Source: Octopus vulgaris
Taxonomy: Eukaryota
Reading direction: 5' to 3'
DNA length: 64,000 bases
Assembly: GCA_951406725.2 (NCBI GenBank)
Contig: OX597817.1
Location: 134,850,001 to 134,914,000 of the forward strand
Shown: piece after piece, positions 12,594-27,715 of the stretch
How the letters are laid out: every line of letters starts with the position of its first letter
Numbering within the stretch: position 1 is the stretch's first letter
Made by a program: the position numbers and the translations under genes
The notes under the pieces: generated by a model
What the model saw: the letters and a program-made list of their open reading frames with translations, nothing else
Databases searched by the model: none
Told to the model about the DNA's origin: nothing

Positions 12594-12985
12594 CTATTTC
12601 TCTCTGGCTTTCTCTTTCTCCCACGTCATACTGATACGGCTGTAACATTACAGGCAGGAATTATTCTTTTCCGGTCTCCAACATTCGAGGTTTAGAGTCT
12701 GCGGGAAATTAGAAAATTAGGAAAATTAGTTTAATGTCCAAAATCGTAGAATCCTGTTTGAAGAGTCTCCAAAAATAAAGAAAAAATATTTGGCAACAAT
12801 CTATATAAAAGTAGAAAGGATAAAACAGAGAAATTAGATGACACATTCTCTTGAAATAATTTTATACAGACACTACGATGGTACATATTTACACAGGGAA
12901 TGGATACATACATACATGCATATATATATGTGTGTGCATGTATATATGTATATATATATATAGATATACATATGTTTATATATAT

Positions 12986-13119
<134 letters not shown>

Positions 13120-13568
13120 TATATATACATATATGTGTGTGTGTGTGTGTATTTAGTAGTGTTGTATTGTAACTGAAAGGTGAATTACTTAAGAAATATA
13201 TTTCTATATCGTTTCATCTTGTTAGTTGTCAAAGTAATGGCAATCGAACACAAACGCACCGAAGTCAGTCTGTAGACATATGTGGGTAGATTAGGAAGCC
13301 GAGAATATGCAACTGTATGGAACGACGAACGAAGCGAGGAAGACACAAATGTATGGAGAGTTGTAGGTGTCGTAAATGTACAATTCTTCCCCTCATCTCA
13401 ACTTCCATCTTCATATATGTGAGTCATCTCCGCTTTATAAATTATAAACACATTTCTCCGAACTATATTACATTCGGGATTTTCCGTGTCTTTTCTCATT
13501 ACTTCCACGATTCACAACATTCACAAGACGAGTCAATATCTTTTCTTAGTTATTTGGCTTTCAGCTGA

Positions 13569-13600
<32 letters not shown>

Positions 13601-13604
<4 letters not shown>

Positions 13605-13976
13605 GAGGCACAATGGCCCAATGGTTAGGCCAGCGTACTCGCGGTCATAGGATCGCGGTTTCGATTCCAAGACCGGGCGTTACGGGTTTTTATTGAGCGA
13701 AAGCACCTAAATCTGCACGAGGCTCCGGCAGGGGGGTGGCGAACGCAGCTGTATTCTTTCACCACAACTTTCTCTCACTCTTCCTGTTTCTGCTGTACCT
13801 GTATCTCTAAAGGGCCAGCCTTGTCACACTCTGTATCATGCTGAATCTCCCCAACGACTACGTTAAGAGCACACGTGACTGTGGAGTACTCAGCCAGTTG
13901 CAGGTTAATTTCACGGGCAGGCCGTTCCGTTGATCGGATCAACTGGAACCCTTGTCGTCGTAATCGACAGAGTGCC

Positions 13977-13980
<4 letters not shown>
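13601..13980 (+). mobile_element. tRNA-derived SINE family C, tail type 1
   Basis: ggaggcacaatggcccaatggttagg...ggtttcgattcc tRNA-like A/B boxes; head shared with 44985. Confidence 0.8.
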
Positions 13981-14034
<54 letters not shown>

Positions 14035-14407
14035 CGTCTGTATGTGCGTGTGTGTGTGTGTGCCTGCGTGAACGAGTTCGTTTCAGAACCCCATAGCTTC
14101 GGGTTCAGGCATGCACCATGGCACATTGCACAGCTATGCTCCACACACAAGCTTATATGCAATCTGACACTACCAAACATTCATCATATTACCCGGTACC
14201 TGAATACATAACAATGTATGTATGTATGGATAGGTAGATAGATAGACAGATAGATAGATAGATAAACAAATATATACATATATATATATATATATTAGTA
14301 AAGAGTCCATCTCTATTACAAAATACAGACCCCTTTTGAACGCATCCACAACAAATGACATACACACCATGACCTTAGAATAAACAAACACGCAAATATT
14401 AAAAATG

Positions 14408-14770
14408 ATACATTCAAAAGAGATAATATCAAAGAATTCATTAAAAACAGTCCCAATCGCTGCTGTAATCCACAACCAGTCACTTTTAGGTCACTTGACC
14501 ATTTAATATCCTACTACTATCCTACCATCCTGCATTCTCTTATTATCCTGTCTCTTTCTTCTTCTTCGTCTTCCCCCTCCACTCCGCCACCTCCGTCCTT
14601 ACTTTGCAAGTAATGTTGTTTAGAATAACACCTACGCAAATATTATAACCAATACATTCAAAAGAGATATCTCAAGAATTCAATCACTGCTACCATCCAC
14701 AAGAAGTCACTTTCAGGGCACTTGACAATTTAACATCCTACTACTATCATAGCACTCATGCATTTTCTTC
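14408..14770. repeat. Diverged direct repeat (~14408-14540 and ~14652-14770)
   Basis: atacattcaaaagagat...gaattca...atccacaa..agtcacttt.agg.cacttgac.atttaa.atcctactactatc occurs twice. Confidence 0.75.
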
Positions 14771-14994
14771 TTCTTCTTCTTCTTCTTCTTCTTCTTCTTC
14801 TTCTTCTTCTTCTTCTTCTTCTTCTTCTTCTTCTTCGCCAAGAATTCACAACGACCTCGAACCCACAAGAGTAAACAACAGAGACAAAGACAAGCAGAAA
14901 CAAGGAAAACACCCCTTGTATTTGAATACTATGCAAATATTCTTTTAAAAAACTTTTCACTTAATTTTTCTGAAATTTGTATTACTTTCCATAC

Positions 14995-15036
14995 TTACCG
15001 TAGAAAAAGCCTCAATGGCGGAAACCGGTACTGAAA
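14995..15036 (+). ncRNA. Degenerate hammerhead-like motif (U3-A8 type) in a probable Penelope-like terminal remnant (~14840-15122)
   Basis: TAGAAAA-a-gcc(tcaat)ggc-g-GAAA-ccgg-TA; helix I is poor; segment ends in (TA)n. Confidence 0.4.
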
Positions 15037-15120
15037 TGTATTTTTATAAAATTATTCTAGTATTTTCTACCTTGACTTTCTTTCTATATATGTATCAACT
15101 CGTGTGTTCCTTTTCAACCT

Positions 15121-15180
<60 letters not shown>

Positions 15181-15439
15181 AAGGAGGCTGGTGACATTGA
15201 CGTGTGCGTGTGTGCATGTGTAGGTGTGTGGATGATCGTGTAAATGCTGGGAAGTGGTCAGTGCTAGTATGTGCGGGGTGGTGTTATGTGGTGTGGTTTG
15301 GTATGGTGGTGTGTGGTGATAGATAGATATCCGAGCTGCATGATTGTGACTGGAAGAATATATTAATCAACGAAATATTTAATTAGTCTGATCTCAAGTT
15401 TTATTATTTACAAATAGAATATTATATATCTCTTGTAAC

Positions 15440-15478
15440 AAACTTAGTACTTTCATGCGTTTCTCAATCATCAGGTTT
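15440..15478 (-). ncRNA. Minimal hammerhead-like motif with canonical core
   Basis: Minus strand aaac-CTGATGA-ttgag(aaa)cgcat-GAAA-gtac-TA-a-gttt; palindromic helix III AGTACT; imperfect helices I and II. Confidence 0.55.
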
Positions 15479-15533
15479 ATGCATTAGTAGTAGTAGTAGT
15501 AGTAGTAGTAGAAGTAGTAGTAGTAGTAGTAGT

Positions 15534-15628
<95 letters not shown>

Positions 15629-16049
15629 ATACAGTTGTGTTCCACAACCGACAACTGTAGTGAAATGATTAAATTATCCTATAAATACCCTCCCATGGTC
15701 TCCAGTAGGCTGAATCTTGCGAACTGTATTTTGACCAATCAGTATGCGACTTAGATGTCCCGGTCCGGTGAATGCACCAACTTTTGATTAGCATTTGTCT
15801 CGCTTTTTTCAACGAGATATTTTTTGCCAATTGGTATGCGGCTTAGACGTTCCAGTTTGGTGGGCACCTCGAGGATTCCTTACATTGACTGCACCTAAAA
15901 ACATAAATGTTTCCATTGAATTCTATTGTTATGGTTCCCACAATTTTTCAGAAATTTTACATCTCAACCAAGTCAATGTTGATATGGTTAACACTATCAC
16001 CATCATCATCATCATTACCTCTATTGTTGTTGTTGTTAGTGGTGGTGGC

Positions 16050-16770
16050 AGTTTTTCAAAAGATGACCAACAACTACAGGACTTACTAGCAATTGTTAAA
16101 CAGTTCAGTGATGACATCAGAATGCAATTTGACCTCGATAAATGTGCAAAAGCTACCTTTATCAAAGGAAAAATGACAGACCAACAGAATGTCATAAAGG
16201 AGTTAGAACCAGCGGAGTGCTACAAATACCTCGGGGTATTTAAAGGTGATGGAAACAAACATTCAATGATGAGAGAAAGGATCAGAAGAGGGTGTTATCG
16301 CAGAGTAAGGGGCAATACTCAAGATAGAGGTGAATGCAAGAAACAGGTTCGAAGTGATAAATACTTTAGCCATATCAGTCGTGACTTACAGTTTCAATAT
16401 CATTAACTGGTCAATTACTGAAATATGTAACCTTGACAGAAAAATACGAAAAGTGTTGACAATGCATAGAATGCACCACCCTAAGGCAGATATAGAACGA
16501 CTTTATCTGCCAAGAAAAGAGGGAGGCCGTGGACTTTTACAACTGGAATTAACAATAAAGATTGCCATATCTGGCCTGAACAACTACCTGAAAAACTCTG
16601 AGGACTGGATGTTAAAATTTGTCTCAAAACATAAAAACAAGAAAGCATCATACGCAGTAACAAAACAGGCAAAGAAATATCTAAGTGAACTCCGAATACA
16701 ACGAATTCCAGAATTAAACATATGAGAAACAAACATAGAAAAAGCTAAGCGTATGAAATTCCGTGATGTA
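16050..16770 (+). mobile_element. R4/Dong-type LINE reverse-transcriptase fragment (frameshifted)
   Basis: FSDDIRMQFDLDKCAKATF, YKYLGV and MHHPKADIERLYLPRKEGGRGL align with the ORF at 38151-39908. Confidence 0.85.
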
Positions 16771-16780
16771 TGTATGTATA

Positions 16781-18064
16781 CAGGGATTGGACAAAATAAT
16801 GGAAACACCTAGCAGCATCATAGCATCATGATTTTGAAATATCTATAAAACTGTCAGAACCTTGTTTGTTTTTATGTTTTTTTTAATTTATTATTAGCGT
16901 TGCTTAATATGTTTTGCTGAAATTGCTGTTTCTTTTCAGATATCATCAGAAAAAGGTAATTAAAATTCATTAAAATGTCAGATCTATCGGACTTTCAAAC
17001 ACGTCAAATTATTGGTGCTCGTATAGCAGGCGCTAGCGTAACGAAAACAGCTGAAATGTTTGGTGTATCAAGAAGTACTGTCTCGAAAGTAATGACAGCC
17101 TTTGAGAAAGAGGGAAAACTCCTCGTCGAAACAAAACACCGGAAGAAAACCAAAGCTTTCAGATAGGGAATGTCAGACACTTATGTGAATCGTTAGAAAG
17201 GATCACAAAAGTACAGCTCCCAAAATTACCGCAAAGCTTAATGACCACCTTGAGCGAGAGTCCAGTTTCCACAAAATCCTTCGCTTGGAGCTGCACAAAA
17301 CCGGATTTCACGGGAGGGCTGCAATCAGAAAACCCCTACTTTCAAAAACAAACGTTGCAAAGTGTTTAGTTTGAAGTAAAAACCTACAGAATTGGTCCCT
17401 AGAGCAGTGGAAGAATGTTATTTTCTCGGACGAGTCATCCTTTACCTCATTTCCGACCACCGGCCTAGTATACGTGTGGAGACAACCAAAATAAGCATTT
17501 GACCCAGAATACCTTCTTCCAAATGTTAAATATGGTGGAGGATCTGTGATGATCTGGAGTGGGGAGGCTATATCTTGGAAATCTGCCGGCCCAAAGGTTT
17601 CCCTTCAAGGCAGAATTAATAGTCAAAACTATTTAAGCATTTTATCTGATCAAATTTATCCTAGTGTTGCGGAAATGTTTCCGGAGGGAAACGCGATCTT
17701 TCAGGATGATAATGCACCAATTCACACAGCTAAAGTTGTTACTGAATGGCACGCGGAACATTCTAGTGAAGACGAACATCTTATCTGGCCATCACAGATC
17801 TCAGATCTCAAAATTATTAAACATTTATGGTGCATTTTAGAAAAAAACAATTAGGGAGTCGATATCCTCCACCATCATCACTACAAGAACTTGTGACTAT
17901 TAGCTAAATAATGGACAAAAATTCCTTTGAAAACAATGCAAACTTTGTACGACTCCATACCTCGTAGAATTCAAGCTGTTATTGCAGTCAAAACGGCCCT
18001 ACTCCATATTAAAATTAATCTGTTTGAAACTTTAAGGTGTTTGCGTTATTTTGTCCCACACCTG
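16781..18064 (+). mobile_element. Tc1-family DNA transposon, full length, with decayed transposase
   Basis: ~30-bp TIRs (cagggattggacaaaataatggaaacacct / aggtgtttgcgttattttgtcccacacctg), TA on both sides. Confidence 0.92.
16975..18000 (+). pseudogene. Tc1 DD34E transposase pseudogene
   Basis: HTH MSDLSDFQ..QIIGAR..GASVTKTAEMFGVSRSTVSKV, IFSDES, FQDDNAPIH, WPSQISDLKIIKHLW (degenerate SPDLNPIE) and [13 protein letters not shown]; several stops and frameshifts. Confidence 0.9.
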
Positions 18065-18075
18065 TATATATATAA

Positions 18076-18162
<87 letters not shown>

Positions 18163-18181
18163 CATACATATATATCTGTAT

Positions 18182-18300
18182 TGGGAGAGTTTACGAAAAA
18201 AAAAACAAAAGACGAAGACAGGTGGTGTACAAAACAAACAGATGTATTAGTATAACGTACAGGAATAGAAAAAGTCTTTTACGTTTCGAGCCTACGCTCG
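18182..18300 (-). mobile_element. Short (TA)n-associated repeat (family D) carrying the 3' half of a hammerhead
   Basis: Minus strand gagcgtaggctcGAAAcgTA..., homologous to 46085-46263, 55970-56128 and the tip at 23402-23447. Confidence 0.7.
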
Positions 18301-19129
18301 ATATATTGCTTCGTTTGTGTTTCCGAGACTTGTGTTTCCGAAACGATTAACATGCATGAATGCTGCTACGTTTATTGATTCGAGTGTATCTCTAGATCAT
18401 AGATTTCTCCAGACTCGACAATATGAAACAATAAATAAATAAACAGAACTAAAATATTGAAGAGGCAATGGCTAAACTGTGAGTAAAGTCATTAAAATTC
18501 AACAATAAAGATAAACAAAACCGTTGTCTTGGCCATTTCACCTCTCAATTATTGAATCTAATTCATTTAACATTGATCTCACTTACAAGATTACTTGATA
18601 ATGTAAAATAACAACAGAATTTTATTTAACAAAGATTTCATTTTCAGTGCACCAGCTACACTGAATAAAAAAAAAGACACCAACATACAAACAAACAACG
18701 AGCAAGTGATTTCTCATCATAACAATATCAACAACAAAATCATAACAAAGATTATTTAAAAAAAACAAAAAAGAGACATGACGTGATTAAATAAAAACTA
18801 ACAAGAAAATTTTTTCATTGGCCAGAGAAGAGAATTAAAGGATACGTTCGAAAATACCAAACCACCAACCCAACAATCCAACATGTCTCTCTTCTTTCAA
18901 AAGATTAGCAAGCTTACAGATGGTGGTGGTGTTGATGGCAGTGCTGGTGGTGGTAGTGGTGGTGGTCGTGGTCGTCGTGGTGGTCGTTGTGTTGGTACTA
19001 GGGTGTGGAGAATAAGGAAGGAGAATAATGGAATTCAATTAATTAATTCTTCATTTAATTTCTGCGCAGGAATATGTTCAGTTCCTGCGAAAACATGGGC
19101 GCAATGGCATTACAGTACATACATTGATA

Positions 19130-20558
<1,429 letters not shown>

Positions 20559-21094
20559 GAGTGAGAGAGCAGTGCATGCCATCAAAGTGACACTGGGGTA
20601 AAATATACGAAGCCCAATATACCCATCATGACTACCCGTCTGATAAAGGTACACCAGGCACATGCATCACAACCATGTGTGCGCGACATGGTAATCTCAT
20701 ATCAAGATAAACATCACATGACCTTGCAGGTGGGGCCCAGTTAGAATTTTCTTCAGGTTGAGTAGCCCATCCCGCTCAAAAGGTCCCTGAATAAGGGTTG
20801 TTTAAGGAATGTTGAAAGAACCACCCATGTTTCCAGAGGTGAATTATTCAAACCCCAAAGAATCCCTCTCAACACATGGCTATGATGCTCCCCCACTACT
20901 TCTGCTCGTGATCAGAGATGCACATATCGTCAGCCACTAAGGGACATGCTCAACTGACAAGCAAATCTGTGGTATTGAGCAGAATATTTGCTGTAGCCCA
21001 TCTTTTATACCAAGACAAAACAATGTACATGATAACACTTCCAATCAGTTAAGATCAGAAGCCATGAGAGCCACTGCCTGGTACTGCATCAGGG

Positions 21095-21097
<3 letters not shown>
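20559..21097 (-). mobile_element. ~540-bp non-coding element flanked on both sides by (TAA)n
   Basis: Reverse-complement match over the full length to 40141-40678 with the same termini; strand assigned by analogy only. Confidence 0.85.
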
Positions 21098-21166
<69 letters not shown>

Positions 21167-21174
21167 CATTATTA

Positions 21175-21257
<83 letters not shown>

Positions 21258-21298
21258 CATTATTATCATTATTATTATTGTTATTACTATTATTATTA

Positions 21299-21356
<58 letters not shown>

Positions 21357-21361
21357 CATTA

Positions 21362-21416
<55 letters not shown>

Positions 21417-21418
21417 CA

Positions 21419-21476
<58 letters not shown>

Positions 21477-21553
21477 TATTATTATTATCATTATTATTAT
21501 TATTATTATTATCATTATTATTATTATTATTAAAAAAGAAGTAAAAAGAATTA

Positions 21554-21618
<65 letters not shown>

Positions 21619-21676
21619 CATTATTATCATTATTATTATTTTATTTTTATTATTATTATTATTATCATTATCATCA

Positions 21677-21724
<48 letters not shown>
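21098..21724. repeat. Long (TTA)n microsatellite
   Basis: Directly visible. Confidence 0.95.
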
Positions 21725-21726
<2 letters not shown>

Positions 21727-22492
21727 GTTCTCCTAACACAATGGACTACAACACCAATGATGATGAGGATAATGACAACAACAATATCTTCTGCTGCCCT
21801 TTTGTTTTTATCATTTTGGCACCGAAAACCCGGCTATTCAATTATATTTTGCATAATTTCACGAGATAATAGCAAGCGAGCATACTGGGTAGCAATTATT
21901 CACCTTATGTCATCCATATTGTATGAGTGATTCTCCCCTCCAAACCTACAGATATTATTTGGTGTTGGAAACAAGTAGTTATCAATAATTTGATTTGTGT
22001 CATGTTGTATTTAGCCTTTTTAACAGAGAACGGCAAAATTAAATTCATTTGTTTTGAAATATCTGGGGATCTTAGGGTAGAGTTTAAGGTTAGTTGATGG
22101 AATTTAGGTGTAAAAACAGCTATTAAGTGTGAGAATTTCATATCCTTCAAGTGTAATTGTGAAATGTTATTAAGGTTAAATACACAATTTGGATTAGCAG
22201 AATTAATTTAAACAACAGCTGAGTATAACGTATTTTGCTGTTGGAGCAGCAAACTGAAGAAATCAATGGTATCTGTTTGAATATGTGGTAAACCACAAAA
22301 GTACGCAGAAAATTCAAGCGATGTTTCCACCTGAATAGCTCCAAAACACGAAATATTTACCATCGGAATATCTCCCTTAAATATATATGCCACATTTACG
22401 TATTTCTCTGTAGATTGCAGAAAATTATGACCAGAGTTAATCGATTTTCGACCTTTATTGGGATCTCATCACAAGTATCGACATCACATGAC

Positions 22493-22682
22493 CGGCTGTG
22501 TGGTAAGTAGCTTGATTAACAACCACATGGTTCAGGGTTCAGTCCCACTGCATGGCACCTTGGGCAGGAGTCTTCTACTATATCCTCGGACAGACGAAAG
22601 TCTTGTGAGTAGATTTGGTAGACGGAAACTCAAAGCAGCCCGTACGTATGCATGTATGTATATATATATATATATATATAAT

Positions 22683-22717
<35 letters not shown>

Positions 22718-22915
22718 TTGTGTGTGTCCCCTTCAACATCGCTTGACAACCGATGCTGGTGTGTTTACGTCCCCGTAACATAGCGGTTCGGCAAAAGAGA
22801 CTGACAAAATAAGTACTAGGCTTACAAAGAATAAATCCTTGGGTCGATTTACTCGACTAAAGGCGTTGCTCCAGCATGGCCGCGGTCAAACTGACTGAAA
22901 GAAATAAAAACAAAA
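22493..22915 (+). mobile_element. SINE family B, full length, with central (TA)n(TG)n
   Basis: tRNA-like head, ccttgggcagg box, internal microsatellite, ccagcatggccgcggtcaaactgactgaaa tail. Confidence 0.88.
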
Positions 22916-23298
22916 GAGAAAACCCAGAAAGAATCCCAGAAGGACAATCCGTTCATATATGCATTTGTTTATATATACATCGAATTTAGAAGCACCAGAA
23001 ACCTGAAGACACGAATATGATTGCTGTAAGTGTGTGATACTATGTTAAATATCAGACGTCTGTCAACAGACAAACCAATCCAAACAGCATCAGGCTGTGG
23101 GGATTGGCTGTGTGCATCTGGTTATGTACATCTGGCTGTGTACATCTGGCTATATGTAAATTTGTGCAGTAGACATACAAACAAATATGTTGCTTACAGA
23201 TTTGATCTGGGCAAGGGATGCAATAAGATAACTTTTTCCCCCACTACTGTCACACATACAGAGACACACTCACATACATATACACACATATATGTACG

Positions 23299-23405
<107 letters not shown>

Positions 23406-23476
23406 AGAGTTTACGAAAAAAACAAAAGACGAAGACAGGTGGTGTACATATATATATGTATATGTATATGCATATA

Positions 23477-23517
<41 letters not shown>

Positions 23518-24534
23518 TTGCTCCTTGTGCATAGATTAGAAATCATTGATATTATCCTCATCATCGTCATTGTTGCTGTTGTTATTGTTGTTGTTGTTGT
23601 TGTTGTTACTGGCTTTTATGAGAATGTTCAACGAATTAACTTGAAATCGTTGGCACCATTTCAAGGCACAATCTTAAGAACACTGTAATCCGTGCTGACG
23701 GATTAGAATTTGTGTTGCAAATAAGCATTTAGTGATTGTAAAACAGTAATTTTCAAAATAAATCTTGACATTGGAACTAAGTGGAACATATAAAATATAT
23801 AAGATATATAATATCTGCCACTTAATATTGCTTTAATATTAATCCTTAAAGTTTAAAATCTCATAAAGATTTCAATAAAACATTCACTCATAAACATCAT
23901 CAGTAAATATGTACCTGTTCACGTTTGCCTGTGTTCTATCTGTGTGCATTACACACACGCACACACACCTCTCTCACTCCACCTCCCTTGCTCACGTGGC
24001 TCCCGCGTGACCATCGGCCATCTTTCTTTCCTCTCTTAACATTTGTTGTCTTTCCTCTCAACGTTGTAACTGGAACAAGGAAGACGTGGTCTTGATTTAC
24101 GCGTTCACCATCACAACCTCGTTTAAGCTCAGCAGCCCTTTCAGGTTTGTTTTCACTATCATGTTTGTGTTACCAATTTTGACCTTCCGCAAAATCCCAA
24201 AATTTATTTAATTTGCTCTGCGGGAGTAACTGTTTTATCAAAAGCATATATTGTTGTTAAATACTCGAAATACAAGACTAGAAAAACACCCAACAACTGA
24301 TGAAGAATAGTTCATGTTCCATTTACTGTGCTTCATATATTTTTGCTGTACACGTCTCGTGACGTCATGTGCCCATATATATATATATATATATATATAT
24401 ATCTGTATATAAATGGGGGGGGGTGAAAAGTAGCACCTACAATTGCTACAAAAAGACCTAGAATTTAAGTGGAACAGCAGAAAAAAACACTAACCTCATG
24501 AAAATTTCGACACCCTCATTTATCAATATTACCT

Positions 24535-25045
24535 GTTTTGGTTTTAATTGCTACGGTCACCTATATTATATGTATTTGATATATCTTAATTTACGGATAT
24601 ATTATTATAATATCTTATTGTGTTTTACTATACACTTTAACCGTTTTGAATTTTAGCGCTCGCATTTCAAATGTTTCTTTCATATCAACTAAAGGGAGGC
24701 AGGCTATCTCCCATTACCCGAAGTAATTGTGGAAACCTCTGAGGAGAAACAATATCTTATTGAACAAATTTCGAAATCACTTGATAGATTTTATCAAACT
24801 ACTTCATTCTGTGAGTTTATCGCGCTGAAGAAAAATGTTGTGCTTTGCTGCGCGCAGTCCCGAATTTTTCAGGAGGTCATGCTTTTGTGTGGCTGTTGGA
24901 GTGAAATTTGAGTTCTCATTTCTAGCAAGTGAAGGTGCTGTTTTGCACTCTCATTTATTAATTTTAATTTTTTTGGTTTTAATTGCTACGGCCACCGACA
25001 TTATAATTTATTTTAATATATCTTAATATACTATTATAATAACTT
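24535..25045. repeat. ~70-bp direct repeat at ~24535 and ~24970
   Basis: ttttggttttaattgctacgg.cacc...tatatcttaat...tattataata occurs twice. Confidence 0.7.
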
Positions 25046-25197
25046 TTGTATTTTGGGTGTGTGCGCGCGCGTGTATTATCATTGAACTGTGGTCATGCTG
25101 TATCATGTCTTTGATCCGTTACTCCATCTAAAGAAGTTCAATACCTATATTCATGAAATCTGTTGCATATCGTATCGTTATCTTTGATGAACCGCAA

Positions 25198-25247
<50 letters not shown>

Positions 25248-25264
25248 TATACATACACACACAC

Positions 25265-25368
<104 letters not shown>

Positions 25369-25408
25369 TGATAGAGAGATAGAGTGATAGATAGGTTGAT
25401 AGATAGAT

Positions 25409-27618
25409 AACATTCTTTATTGGCCACACAGGGCTGAAATACAGAGGGCACAAATACAAATGTAGAGCATTTCTTTTCGAAGATGGAAAAAGAAAAAGAA
25501 ACAAATGTAAAATTTCGATCAAAAGGGGTCGGAAAAAAAGCGATCAAAAGTGATCGTGTATCACAGAAAGAAATTGTTTTAACAGTAAGAAACAAGATTA
25601 GGTTCATCCGTGGGAAGAAAAACCTACAGAAAAGAAGACAAATAAAGGAAAAGAAAAAAACGATCAACAGGAATCGTGTATCACAGTGTCATAATGTAAA
25701 ATGTAAAGGGGGAAGCAGATAAGGTTTATCCGTGGGAAGAAAAGCCCACGGTAACCTCGGTCAATAATGTTACATGTTGCCACATTTGTTTGCAAATTTT
25801 CCGGGTTCATAGGATTATGCTCAAGGTGGCTTCGTCATTCATACGTGCCATCCTTGCTACATTCACCCATCTTTTTTTTTTTTAACATTCGCTAGACAAA
25901 ACTTGCCTCTCTACTCTCACTTTCCTTTTCAAGTGATACTTGAAGAAGTTGATGAGAGATTGACCAGAGAGGAAAGTGTTTGTCTCCAATCCTTTCAGAC
26001 GCGTCCACCAAATACATTCTTTCGCCATAGCCACAAGGATGATGAAAATAGCTCTTCCTTCCCGTTTGAAGGAATTGACGATATTGACGATAGACTCGGC
26101 TGATAAACCGACTCGTCCCACACGTGACAGCAGTCGTTCGACATAAGCCCACAGGTCTGCGTGCAGAACGGTTTCGTCGCTCTGACCGTATCTCGGACAA
26201 GTCGGCCCCGTGCTTCTCGAGCCGTGTCTATAGAGCTTATCCCGAACGGGTAGCGCTTCCCGATAGCACTGCTAGGCCAGGGATCTCTAGAGTTGTCCAT
26301 GGGCCCTGGCGCGAAAGTCGTCCTGAACAGGCGGGTCAGGTATTCCTCGTCGACGTCCAGGTTCGCCTCGAGCTCGTCGCCTTACCTCCCCTCCACTAAT
26401 CCCCTATAGAATGCTTTGGTTGTGTTGAAGTCACTCAAGGTCGACCCGGGACGGCAGAGTTGCTTGAGAGCAACGCGACACTCGCGGTGCCATTCGCCCT
26501 TCCTCGGCCTCTTTTTGATCCACGACTGCAGTTCGGTCATGGAGACGAGCTGCTGGAAAGCGTGCCTCACAAACGGCGACTACACCTGTTCACCGTCGTC
26601 TACATAGAGCCTGAGATATCGCAGTCTCAGCGCGTGTCTGCGCATTATGAACCACGGCATGCCCAGTCCTCCTTTTAACAGGTTTTGACAGCAAATGGAT
26701 CGCCTGACCATCGGAACGCATCCTTTCCACAAGAAGCGAAAGAGAATGCATTCTAGTTCGCCACGTCCGGCCGACCTTTTAGGGACAGTTTCCTCTCGGC
26801 GCATTGCCAGGCGAGAATGACCACCATACTCGTTATCTCGTTCCAGTTTTTCTCCATTTGGAGGTCCGGATCAAACCAGAACCCAAAGCAACTCGACCGG
26901 ACTGTCGGACCTGCGTCCCACGACGGATGCGCTGGTGGACGGCATGGGATTGCTACTCCAGGTGCCGAGTCGCAAGCCCACTGATTTTTCACGGTTGATT
27001 TTTGCTCCTGTCACCGCTTCGTAGTCTTTCAGTGTCTCGCCGACCAGCTCGATGTGCTCGTGGCTAGACACTATGACGGTGACGTCGTCTGCGTATGCAG
27101 ACACGCTCGTCCCGCATCCCAATTCTCGCGGGATGCCCCTCAGAGTTGCCAGGTTCCACAATAATGGCTTCAGAGTCAATACGTAGAGAAGCGACGAGAG
27201 GGGGCATCCCTGACGGGCCGAACGTGCAATGTCGAAAGGTTTCGATAGATGTCCGTTTACGCGAATTACCGAGCGGATACCTCTGTAGAAAGCGGCTATC
27301 CAGCCGCGGAAGATGGGACCGAAACCAGCCGCTCTGAGGACAGCCTCAAAGTATCGATGGTCTACCCTATCGAAAGCTTTCGATTGATCCAAATTGATCA
27401 GCGCTCCAACCATGCCAGGTTCCTTAACTACCCTGTCTATGATGTAGCGCATCAGATGCAGGTTGTCATGGATGCTCCGGCCCGGCACGGCGCACGTTGC
27501 GCCTTGTCGACCAGTTTCTCGATGACAAGCGCCAACCTCTTGGCTAACACTTTGGCCAAAATTTTCAAGTCTGCATTAAGCAGAGTGATGGGCCTAAAGT
27601 TATCTATTACATCCCCAT
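25409..27618 (-). mobile_element. Tx1/L1-type LINE, 5'-truncated, frameshifted, between (GATA)n tracts
   Basis: NFRPITLLNADLKILAK, PGRSIHDN, LDQSKAFDRVDH, RQGCPLS.LLY, SAYADD, KGGLGMP; 3' UTR ends in AATAAA then (ATCT)n. Confidence 0.9.
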
Positions 27619-27708
<90 letters not shown>

Positions 27709-27715
27709 AACAGAT

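Noticed and set aside
13603-13680. tRNA gene calls at SINE heads (also 44985, 49572, 53619)
   Set aside because: A/B-box-like motifs continue into SINE bodies and lack a full cloverleaf.
24297-24330. CTGATGAAG hammerhead-like start
   Set aside because: No downstream GAAA, helix III or helix I partner.
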